NCBI GenBank assembly: GCA_964016885.1
Contig: OZ024755.1
Location: forward strand, 39,432,001 to 39,496,000
Direction of reading: 5' to 3'
Source of the DNA: Eledone cirrhosa
Taxonomy: Eukaryota
Length of the DNA stretch: 64,000 nucleotides
Positions 1 through 11,514 of this stretch are shown here, piece after piece. A model generated the notes under the pieces. The model saw only the letters and a program-made list of their open reading frames with translations. It searched no databases and was not told the origin of the DNA. Each line of letters opens with the position of its first letter. Position 1 is the stretch's first letter. A program made the translations under genes and the position numbers.

Positions 1-930
1 CTGCAAACGCTCACAGCCTTCTACCAGCTGAGCACTAGTATCGGTGGAAAATCTACCTCGGCGTTCTATATAGGACTAGGGGAGGGGGAAGAATTACGAC
101 GTTCTCGGGGAGACCCTGGACGTCGAAGACGATCAGCTGTTCGCTCTCTTCAAGAGAACTTTCAGCCCGGGGCCTGGCATTGCTATCGGGGACCGTTGCC
201 GGTTCGAGATAAGCTCTCAAGGCACGGAAGTTCAGTCAGCCGAGATTCGCACAGAGCGACAAAACCGTTGTGTCCGCACTCGTTCAGTGTCCGAGAGTTA
301 CTGACTTGTGGAGCTATGTCAAACATTTGCTGTCGCGTGTAGGACGAATCCGGTTATCGACTGAGTTGATTGTGCAGATAGCTCCACCGTCCTCCTTTAA
401 GGAGGAGGAAGGACAGGCAGTTTTCATCTGCTTGGTGGCCATGGCGAAAGAGATTGCATGGTGGACAAGGTTGAAAGGATTGAAGACGGACACTTTCCTC
501 TTCGGCGAATCCCTGATTAACTTTTTCAAGTTGCATTGAAGAGGAGAATCAGGAGGGAGAGGCAAGTGCTGTGTTCTAGCAAGTTTGTTGAAAGGTGGGT
601 GAAAGTGGCGAATCTGGTTCGAGTTAACCGGCCCGTTCTGAGTATGCGCCTGTAGACTAAGGAGTGGGAGAACTGAAAGAGGGTGCTTGCCTTGGTGGTC
701 AGAGTGTCCATGGTCTTTTCTGTGGTTTTCACCACGAGGGACCTTCGGAGGTTTCCCTCTTTTGGGAGTATTTTATTGTTTGAATTTTTTTGATTTGTTT
801 TTACACATTCTATCTTCTTGTTATAACGTTTTTACACGGCCAAAACCCACTTTGTACCGTTCTCTGTCGTCTGTAATGTTTTTCTTCATGTTAGCCCTTG
901 TGGCCAATAAAGAGACCATTATTATTTTCC
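1..930 (+). mobile_element. 3' end of a degenerate L1/Tx1-type non-LTR retrotransposon (ORF2 C-terminal zinc-finger region plus 3' UTR)
   Basis: Frame leading into ORF 270..539 reads QSDKTVVSALVQCPRVTDLW, resembling the ETxxHxxxxC..W motif of L1/Tx1 ORF2 ends. Followed by a T-rich UTR and AATAAA at about 906. Confidence 0.55.
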
Positions 931-971
931 TTTCATCTTAAGATGTCGATAAAGTAAATACCAGTAATACA

Positions 972-2010
972 CTGCGTTGCTTCAGTTCCTCTATGATAAT
1001 ATTTAGCCTTTTCCTCCTAGTTTTGTACTTTATTTCCAGTCTATTTTTAGTGTCTATGTTTTTTAGCGTCCCATTCAGTAGGGACTCAAGCTTTCCAATG
1101 TCATTTCTCATTTCCCTGATTTGACCAGTCAGTCGTTTCCCACTATCATTGTTCATTGTGGATTGGCAGTATCGGTAGAGGGTCGGACGCCATGCTTTCC
1201 AGCATAGTTACGTCCCTTTACGATCTGAGTTCAAATCCCGCCGAGGTTGACTTTGCCTTTCATCATTACGGGGTCGATAAAATAAAGTACCAGTAATGCA
1301 CTGGATAATTGCTGGCCTTGTGCCTAAAGTAGAAAGAATTGTTCATTTCATCTACCACTAAGTTTAGGATAGCAACCAAATCATGTCCTAGCCCGTCAGC
1401 ATTCATCCCCTCAATGGCCGAATCTTTGTTCCAGGTATTATTTATTTCAGCATTCAGATCATTGTCTGCTTCGGATGGTTCCTCCGTTCTCTCAACCTCT
1501 TCACCTTCATTTCCAACTGGCTCATTTGTCTGGCATACTCCACTCTCCATTTCCAACCTAATCTCTCTGCTCAGTTCCTCCAGTTCCAGCTCGCTTATCC
1601 ACCCATTAGTTCTTATTACACGAGACTGCCCGGCCAATTTTTGTTCTTCTAATTAAAATAGACCAATCTCGTTCCAGATGTTATGCATCCGTTTCCTACA
1701 GCCTTTTTCCTTGGGGTTACTCTTCAGGTAACATTGCATAACAGTTCTATTCAATTCTTTCGTCCAATTCATTCTGGTCCCTTTCCTTCTTCTTCCTCCG
1801 ACACAAGCAGTATTTGGTTGACAGCCAGGTCCCTGCTGCTGGGCCAGGGAGCACATGCTGAGTGAGAGTCTGTCACATGACATTCCAGTCTCCACTTCAC
1901 CGTTATTCGAACTGTTTAGGTTCGACATTGAAACACTCTTATCGAGGATTGGTGAATGTATCGTTACATAACCACCGCTGATTTCATCACCTCCGCTAAT
2001 AACATTAGTA
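972..2010 (-). mobile_element. 5' fragment of R4/Dong-type RLE retrotransposon family A, internally deleted and interrupted by a SINE
   Basis: ORFs 938..1156 and 1266..1637 are close paralogues of the N-terminus of ORF 6798..8654 (AGQ.RVIRTNGWISELELEEL, KNRLEIKYKTR). ORF 1653..2063 adds the N-terminal WTKELN..VM.CY..S.P...G.RKRM..IW motif. Bounded by (ATT)n at about 2010. Confidence 0.75.
1157..1338 (+). mobile_element. tRNA-derived SINE (dominant family of this window) with target-site duplication
   Basis: A-box-like TGGCAGTATCGG and B-box GAGTTCAAATCCC, body GACTTTGCCTTTCATC..GGGGTCGATAAAATAAAGTACCAGT. ATTGTTCATT is duplicated on both sides (1148 and 1338). Confidence 0.8.
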
Positions 2011-2032
2011 TTATTATTATTATTATTATTAT

Positions 2033-4186
2033 TACAGTTGCATTTATCTTGCTTTATGTTCATACGAGTTACACCAAGTCACAACCAGTGACCTCAAGAG
2101 ACAACAAGGTCCGCCATGTTCAAGAAAGAACATACATACTCACACATGCATCTTTAGTGTTTAGACTTGTGATGTAATTATATTGACAGAATCTTCCTTA
2201 GTACTAATGGGAACTGCCCATATGCTATCTTTTGTATTTCTCCTATACGCGGGTTTCCTGGGATTTGCGATAAGTAATCATTAGACCCCTTAGGTATCAT
2301 TCCTAGAGCGCCTACAACCACTGGTATTGTTTTAGTTCTCAATTTCCACATTTTTCCAATTTCTATCTCCAGGTCCTTTTACTTGCTCAATTTTTCAAAT
2401 GTTTTTATAGATACATTCTTGTCTATTGGAACGGACATATCAATTAGCAGGCATACCCTCTTTTGAAAGTCCTTCAATATTATATCAGGTCTATTTGCAT
2501 CTATTTTTCGGTCTGTTTGGATGCTAAAGTTCCACAAGATTGAGATGTGATCTTTTTCAAGTATGGGAGGTGGTTGATGCTCCCACCAATTCTTTTGATG
2601 GGGCAGGTCAAAATGCTTACACATTATCCAATGTATGTATTGTGCAGCTCTGTCATGCCTGTTTAGGTATTCGGTTGGAACTATAGGACTGCACATTGAA
2701 ATTATATGGTCAATGGTCTCTGGTTGTTTTTTACATACACGACATAATGGGTTGCATCCATTTTTTATTATGTTGGCTTGGTAATTTTTTGTTGGCAGAC
2801 ACTGATCTTGTGCTGATATAATCAGTCCTTCAGTCTCCGATTTCAGTCCAGAGGTTGCCAACCACTGATGGGTTAAAGTTTTGTCAACATCAGGATTGTT
2901 AGCTCGTTCTGGGTATTTTCCATACAGAGGCTTTTCTTGCCATTTCTTAGCCAGTTTCTGTAGCAGTTCTTTCTTTGCAGTTACTTATACCTGCTTTGCT
3001 TTTTCTGTGTTTTCCATTTCAGCAGTAAATGGGACTTCTGAAATGTGTAGTCCATTACTGTATCTTTGTGCATCTTTTGTAATGGAGTATGATCTTTTGA
3101 TGCTTTCGTGTTTCAAAACGAGTTTGATCATCCAATCATGTGATACCCTTAGATATGTAGATAATCCAATTGTTGCAGTTTTCAACGCAATGTCTAACTG
3201 GATTAACCCACGTCCTCTTTCTTTCCTAGGGAGATATATTTTATCTGTATCTGCCTTAGGGTGATGCATTCTGTGCATGGTTAAGAATTTTCGAATTTTT
3301 GTATCGAGCCTACGGATCTCTGTGCTTGACCAGTTGATGACATTGTAACTGTAGGTTACTACTGGTATGGCAAGCGTGTTTATGGCATCGATCCTATTCC
3401 TTGCATTCAATTCCGTTCTTAAGATTGCTCTTACACTGCGGTAACATCCCTTCCTTATCCTTTCCCTCATTGTCGAGTGCTTGATTCCGTCTCCTTCACA
3501 AACACCTAGATATTTGTAAGTTTCCTCTTGATCAAGTTCTCTTATCACATTCCCTCGATCAAGATTAATGTGTGAACTCTTCAGCAGCTTTCCTCTGGTG
3601 AACGTTGCTTTGGCGCATTTATCTAGTCCAAACTCCATTTTAATGTCATCACTGAACTGCTCCACAGTGGATAATAGCCCTTGCAATTGTTCATCAATTT
3701 TTTGCAAATAGTTTCAGCTCATCCATGTAGAACAAGTGATTAATGGTTTTGTCATAGACTTTATATCCATGTTTTGTTTCATTGAGCATTTTACTTAATG
3801 GTATAAGTGCGATGCAGAATAAAAGCGGTGATAAAGAGTCACCCTGAAAAATTCCACAATTAATATTAACTTCTCCAGCTTCCAGTGATTTTTTTTCACT
3901 ATTCAAAAGGAGTGTCGTTTTCTATGTCTTCATACTGAATGACAAAAACCTCCTGACAACGGGAGATATTTTGTAAATCTCTAAACATTTTTCAATCCAA
4001 CTGTGTGGCAAATTATCGAATGCTTTTTTATAATCTATCCAAGCAATTGATAGATTTTTGTGTCTATTATGACAATCTTCCAGTATCATTTTGTTAACCA
4101 AAAGCTGATCCTTACAGCCATATGAGCCTCGTTTACACCCTTTCTGCTCAATGGGAAATAGGTCATTTGTTATCAGGTGGTCATAT

Positions 4187-4188
<2 letters not shown>
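2033..4188 (-). pseudogene. R4/Dong-type RLE retrotransposon family B, 5'-truncated, frameshifted copy 1
   Basis: ORF pieces: [65 protein letters not shown] (CCHC), RHD, RPDI..D (restriction-like endonuclease). (TAA)n on both sides. Confidence 0.88.
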
Positions 4189-4249
<61 letters not shown>

Positions 4250-4250
<1 letters not shown>

Positions 4251-5417
4251 AGTTCCATTTATCTTGCTTTATGTTCATACGAGTTATCACCAAGTCACAA
4301 CCAGTGACCTCAAGAGACAACAAGGTCCGCCATGTTCAAGAAAGAACATACATATTCACACATGCATCTTTAGTGTTTAGACTTGTGATGTACTTATATT
4401 GACAGAATCTTCCTTAGTATATGGGCAGTTCCCATTAGTACTATCTTTTGTATTTCTCCTATACGCGGGTTTCCTGGGATTTGCGATATGTAATCACTAG
4501 ACCCCTTAGGTATCATTCCCAGAGCGCCTACAACCACTGGTATTGTTTTAGTTCTCAATTTCCACATTTTTCCAATTTCTATCTCCAGGTCCTTATACTT
4601 GCTCAATTTTTCAAATGTTTTTATAGATACATTCTTGTCTATTGGAACAGACATATCAATTAGCAGGCATACCCTCTTTTGAAAGTCTTTCAATATTATA
4701 TCAGGTCTATTTGCATCTATTTTTCGGTCTGTTTGAATGCTAAAGTTCCACAAGATTGAGATGTGATCTTTTTCAAGTATGGGAGGTGGTTGATGCTCCC
4801 ACCAATTCTTTTGATGGGGCAGGTCAAAATGCTTACACATTATCCAATGTATGTATTGTGCAGCTCTGTCATGCCTGTTTAGGTATTCGGTTGGAGCTAT
4901 AGGACTGCACATTGAAATTATATGGTCAATGGTCTCTGGTTGTTTTTTGCATACACGGCATAATGGGCTGCACCCATTTTTTATTATGTTGGCTTGGTAA
5001 TTTTTTGTTGGCAGACACTGATCTTGTGCCGATATAATCAGTCCTTCAGTCTCCGATTTCAGTCCAGAGGATGCCAACCACTGATGGGTTAAAGTTTTGT
5101 CAACATCAGGATTGTTAGCTCGCTCTGGGTATTTTCCATACAGAGGCTTTTCTGGCCATTTCTTAGCCAGTTTCTGTAGCAGTTCTTTCTTTGCAGTTAC
5201 TTTTACCTGCTTTGCTTTTTCTATGTTTTCCATTTCAGCAGTAAATGGGACTTCTGAAATTTGTAGTCCATTACTGTATCTTTCTGCATCTTTTGTAATG
5301 GAATATGATCTTTTGATGCTTTCGTGTTTCAAAACGAATTTGATCATCCAATCATGTGATTCCCTTAGATATGTAGATAATCCAATTGTTGCAGTTTTCA
5401 ACGCAATGTCTAACTGT
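4250..5417 (-). mobile_element. R4/Dong-type family B, 5'-truncated copy 2 (CCHC plus RLE, 3' UTR)
   Basis: ORF 4394..5401 is near-identical to copy 1 and ends KYKDL...IPVVVGALG...LRKILSI. Same 3' UTR running into (TAA)n at 4188-4249. Confidence 0.88.
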
Positions 5418-5447
5418 TATTATTATTATTATTATTATTGTTGTTAT

Positions 5448-8400
5448 TCCTTGAATCTCAGTCATTGATGTTGGTTAACTGGAAAGTCCGTTGGAATGAA
5501 TATCAAGCCACTACCTGCAGCCTCAGATATTCAGGACGTATCGGAGGGTTCTTGCTGTTCCAAGCAAGCATGCCTTTTGAAGCGTTCCAAAAAGCGTGAA
5601 GGGGCCGATTTTCTTTAACCATACCTGGAAACTTTTGGAGATAGTCCCCAGTGCGCCTATGACAATCGGGATCACTTTGACTTCATGGCAGTTCCAAATC
5701 CTTTTCACCTCCCACTTTAGGTCCTGGTATTGGTTAATTTTCTCCCTCTCCTTCTCTTGCACTCTCGTGTCGAACGGGCAGGCCACATCCACAATCAGGC
5801 ACGATCTTTTTTCTTTGTCCATAACCACCAGGTCAGGTCTATTGTGTTCCAGTTTTTTGTCCGTCTGTATCCTAAAATCCCACAGCACCTTCACCTGACT
5901 GTTCTCCATCACCGCCTCTGGCCTATGCTCATACCATTTCTCAGAATGTGGTAGATTGTTTACTTTGCACAGGTGCCAGTGGATCACCCTGCCCATCACA
6001 TCGTGTCTCCAGCCCTTATAGTGGGTCTGGGCTAGGTGTTTACACTCGGACACAATGTGAGCCACAGTCTCCTCTCTCTCTCCACAGATCCTGCACAGTG
6101 GGCTAGCCTCCTCCTTGTAAATATGGTGCTTCAACCACTTCGTTTTGAGGGCCTGCTCCTGCGCAGCCATTAGCATTCCTTCTGTAGCATTTTTGAGGTC
6201 TCCTCTTCTCAACCAGTTCCATGTCTGTGGATCTCTAAATTCAGTTTTCTCAAAGAAGGTACTATGAAGGGATTTTCCCTTAAGGCTGCTCTTCCTCCTT
6301 GATGTTATTTCCTCCTTGGACATCCCCTGGCCTACTGTCCCCTCCTTCAGTACAGTTCTGAAAATTGGCTCCTTACTATAGGTCACGTATTTGTATAGGT
6401 TGTTTTTCTCCATCTGAACACAGTCCTCTATGCTGATAAGACCTCTTCCACCCTCAGATCTCCTTAGGTAGAGTCTATCGACATCACTCCTCTTGTGGAA
6501 CATGTTGTAGATAGTCAATAGCTTCCTAGTCTTCCTATCCATTTCTTTTTGTTCAGCAACATTCCATCTCAGAATTCCCGCACTGTACCTAATAATAGAC
6601 ACAGCTCGGGAATTTACTGCGTTCATGGCATTTCTGCTGTTCAGATGTGACTTCAATACGCTCCTTACTCTCCGAATGTATTCAGTTCTTAACAATTCCT
6701 TCATTTTTTTGTTCTTTATGCCATCAGCCTCCAGAACGCCCAAATACTTGTATCCTTCCTCAGAGTCAATTTCCTTTATCATCTCACCTGTTGGTATCTA
6801 GATCCCGTTACTTCTGCTCAACCTACCCCTCCTCATCACAATGACTCCACATTTACTAATACCAAACTGCATACATATATCACTGCTGAAAATACGGACA
6901 GTGTCAACAAGCACATCCAACTCCTTCTCACTTTTCCCGAAGAGCTTAAGATCGTCCATGAAGAGGAGGTGATTGATGGTAAGCTCTCCCTTTCCCAACT
7001 TGTATCCTGCTCTCACTTTTCGCAGCATAATGGTCAAGGGCATCAGGGCAAGGACAAACAACAGAGGGGACAGGCTATCTCCCTGGAAGATACCTCTCTT
7101 GATCTTCACGCTTCCCAAGGATACTCCAGTTGATGTCAACTCTGTCTCCCAGGACCCCATACTCCTGCCCAGCAACTGTCTGATGTTATCTGCCACCCTG
7201 AAGACCTCCAGGCTTTTGGTGATCCAGGAATGAGGCACCATGTCAAATGCCTTTCTGTAGTCTATCCATCCCATGGCAAGATCAGTGTGTCTCCTCCTGC
7301 AATTCCCCATTACCATCTTATCAATAAGCAACTGGTCCTTTGTACCACGTGACTTCTTTCGGCATCCTTTCTGTTCGTCCGGTAACAAGTTGTTTGTGTG
7401 GAGGTGATGGTAGATTTCCTCAGACACAATGCTCGTCAACAGTTTCCACATTACGGGCAGACATGTGATAGGTCTATAGTTGGTAACATCATTACCCTTG
7501 ATTCGGTCTTTCATTATCAGAACTGTGGTACCTTTTGTCAACCACTCTGGCACCTCACCCGACACCAAGCAGTCATTGAACATGGCCGTCAGCTTCGGGT
7601 GGAGGGATGTTAAATGTTTAATCCAATACCCCTGCACACCATCTGGGCCTGGTGATTTCCAGTTGGTTAGTTTTTTGGCTTGCCCCTTAAGAGTTTCAAC
7701 TGTGATACTCAAATCAGTCTGTTGTTGTGCCTTCTCACCGATCTCCCTCTGTACTGTCTCAATCCACCCTGCCTGGGCATTGTGTCTAACATCCTGCTCC
7801 CATATTCCTCTCCAGAATGTTTTAGCTTGTTCCGCCCCAGGGATCAAGTCGTTGCCTCTTTCTTTCCCCTCAAGCTGTCCAAACAACATCTTCTGGTTGT
7901 TGTCGAACATGCGGTTCTGTTTATACTGACTGACCCTGTTCTCGTATCGCCTGATTTTGGCACTCTTTGCTACAATGCGTTGCTTCAATTCCTCTATGAT
8001 AATATTTAGCTTTTTACTCCTAGTTTTGTATTTTATTTCCAGTCTATTTTTAGTGCCTATGTTTTTTAGTGTCCCATTCAGTAGTGACTCAAGCTTTCCT
8101 ATGTCATTTCTCATTTCCCCGATTTGCCCACTCAGTCGCTTCTTCCACCACGGCTCTGCTCTTTCTTGTCTGTTGTTTCCTCTCGCTTTTATACCAAGTA
8201 GTTTCCTCACCGTATTTGCTGTTGCTTTGAGGATATTGTTGCACTGGTGAAGACTCCTCGCCTCAAGGTATGGGATGACTTTGTTTACCTTAGCTGTTGT
8301 TTCTTTTAACTTTTTCCTGTCTACAAATCTTAGGTTCATAGGTCTCCCACTATCATTGTTCAATTCATCTACCACTAGATTTAGGATGTCAACCGAATCT

Positions 8401-8672
8401 TGTCCTAGCCCGTCAGCATTCATCTCCTCAGTGGCCGTATCTCTGTTCCAGGTATTATTTATCTCAGTATTCAGATCATTGTCTGCTTCGGGTGGTTCCT
8501 CCGTTCTCAGGACCTCCTCACCTTCATTTCCCACCGGCTCGCTTGTCTGGCATACTACACCCGCCATCTCCAAGCCATTCTCTCTGCTCAGTTCCTCCAG
8601 TTCCAGCTCGCTTATCCACCCATTAGTTCTTATTACCCGAGCCTGCCCGGCCAATTTTTGTTCATCTAATTT
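5448..8672 (-). mobile_element. R4/Dong-type RLE retrotransposon family A, near-complete ORF with one in-frame stop
   Basis: ORFs 6798..8654 and 5523..6782 are in the same frame. Motifs: KSPGPDG, NYRPITCL, IDYRKAFD, QGDSLSP, LFMDD, YKYLG, CRICGEREETVAHIVSEC, RHD, RPDLVV. (TAA)n at both ends. Confidence 0.9.
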
Positions 8673-8678
8673 AAATAA

Positions 8679-8711
<33 letters not shown>

Positions 8712-8993
8712 TATATACCTATTTATTTATTTTTCAGTTCCAATCTGTGGTTCAGTGTTGGAGGTTTCACTGATAATTCACTCAGTTATAGAGAAGAATA
8801 TGGATATTACCTTACAGACTCACCAGCCTTACACGACTCTCTTCCCTACTGGTATAACACACATTTAATCATCTTTTATACCTACATACATACATATATG
8901 CACACATACATACATACATAATACACACATACTTACATACATACACGATGAAGTTTCGTTTACATGTATTTATTGTTTTAATGTGTTTCGATC

Positions 8994-9084
8994 TTTTACG
9001 CACGTTTCGCAGAGGATTGGCTCAGCGTCACCCATAAAAATTATGGACCCGACTCCATCATCGGCCTGCTCTTCAGACTGACAA
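8994..9084 (-). ncRNA. Partial hammerhead ribozyme motif (stem I not evident)
   Basis: Minus strand: CTGAAGA-GCAG...CTGC-GAAA-CGTGCG-TA. Core, stem II and stem III present; stem I pairing poor. Confidence 0.45.
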
Positions 9085-9121
9085 TCCGACAAAAAAACAT
9101 AATTCATTGAATCACATACAC

Positions 9122-9192
<71 letters not shown>

Positions 9193-9308
9193 GGAGAGAG
9201 AGAGAGAGAGAGATGTATGTATTTATTTATTTATCTATTTATTTACACACGATTTCATATCAAAAACCTCGCAACACTAATTCATCGCCGTTATATATAT
9301 ATATATAT

Positions 9309-9443
<135 letters not shown>

Positions 9444-9450
9444 TATATAT

Positions 9451-9905
9451 ATTACAATTTAAAAAAATATGATCAACACTAATGTGTTTTTTATGCAAAA
9501 TGACAATATTTTTTTAGCCAGATAGAAGTACCTTAATTCAAGTACATATAGTCCGCGTGTATCGATCTAGAAAATATTAAATATTAAATCTATACTTACA
9601 GAGGTAAAATGGCATAGATTTAATATTTAATATTTTCTAGATCGATACAGGCGGACTATATGTACAGACGTAAAATGGCAACTGCCATTTTACGTCTGTA
9701 AGAATAGATTTAATATTTAATATTTTCTAGAACGATACAGGCGGACTATATGTACTTGAATTAAGGTACTTCTATCTGGCTAAAAAATTATTGTCATTTT
9801 GCAAAAAAAACACATTAGTGTTGATCATATTTTTTTAAATTGCAATGTAATGCTCAGAAGTATTTTCTTAGAGCTTAATAATTGTAATTGACTACTAAAT
9901 TGAAA
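9451..9905. repeat. Inverted-repeat island in (TA)n with nested internal inversion and one-sided tail
   Basis: 9451-9595 is the reverse complement of about 9700-9847, with an extra partial copy at 9613-9664. The tail (GCTCAGAAGTATTTTCTTAGAGCT..) resembles the tail at 10528. Confidence 0.85.
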
Positions 9906-9921
9906 TATATATATATATATA

Positions 9922-10589
9922 TAATTGAATAAACAAGAGAGATGAACACTAATATAAACATACATGTGTTCAAATCGTAAGGACCAAATTTGCGAGGGTG
10001 AAAAAATACTAACTACAGCAATATAGTTTGTTATCCTTAACTTTAAATATTAAATTAAGAAAAATTAAGAAAAATAACAGACCTATATTGGGCAAAATGC
10101 CTGATAAATAGCAGCCTGGCAGACAGGACGCTGCTATTTTTAGCGGCAGGGAATTTTGAGACAAGCTGGGTTCCGAATGACACGTGCGATAATTCATATC
10201 GTACACAATTCATTCTCTAATATTTTTAGAAGTGAAAGAATCACTAATTTCTCAACAACTATTGAGGAGCAGAGAAACGTGAGAACTTCACTTAATAAGT
10301 CGTTGCAAAACAGTCTCCAACACTGTCTAGTTTTTACCAGGCATTTTGCCCAATATAGGTCTGTTATTTTTCTTAATTTTTCTTAATTTAATATTTAAAG
10401 TTAAAATAACAAAGTATATTGCTGTAGTTAGTAATTTTTCACCCTAGCAAATTTGGTCCTTACGATTCGAACACATGTATGTTTATATTAGTGTTCATCT
10501 CTCTTGTTTATTCCATTATATTGTACGGCTCGGAAAAGCATTTTTCTTAGAGCTATTTAATTGTAAGAGACTATCCTGAGTTCTTAACT

Positions 10590-10592
<3 letters not shown>
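9922..10592 (+). mobile_element. Hammerhead-bearing non-coding element with inverted 5' arm (same family as 33922-34495)
   Basis: 9922-10105 is the reverse complement of about 10337-10520. Degenerate hammerhead at 10257-10332: AACTA-TTGAGGA-GCAG..TTGC-AAAA-CAG..CTGTC-TAGTT. (TA)n flanks. Confidence 0.7.
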
Positions 10593-10687
<95 letters not shown>

Positions 10688-10822
10688 GAATAGTGAATCT
10701 GTATCCAATGAATTATATCGTTGAAATTTTGTATTTTAAAATTTGCTTCACGACATCTTCTACATACAGATTACATTGAGTTCCACATACGGCTTAGACC
10801 CTACCACTAATTGGTGGATTTA

Positions 10823-10948
<126 letters not shown>

Positions 10949-11004
10949 TAAATATAGAAATATCTCAAATAAGGCAAAGACTAACCAAAGTGAAGATCGC
11001 AATG

Positions 11005-11125
11005 GACGTTAACTTTGCTTTTCATCTTTACGGGGTCAATAAAGTAAAGTACCAGTAATGTACTGAGCTAGATTTAATAGACTGTCTCCACCCACCAAAT
11101 TATTGACCTCGTGCCTAAGACAGAA
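11005..11125 (+). mobile_element. SINE 3' fragment
   Basis: GTTAACTTTGCTTTTCATCTTTACGGGGTCAATAAAGTAAAGTACCAGTAATG matches the SINE body. Confidence 0.65.
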
Positions 11126-11192
11126 ACCGATATTAACACAGGTTAAAAATATAAGCAAACAATTACTGCTTCAAAACGTTAGCGTAATGGGG

Positions 11193-11513
<321 letters not shown>

Positions 11514-11514
11514 T

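Noticed and set aside
1160-1245. tRNA gene
   Set aside because: The A/B boxes belong to the repeated SINE head; there is no complete cloverleaf.
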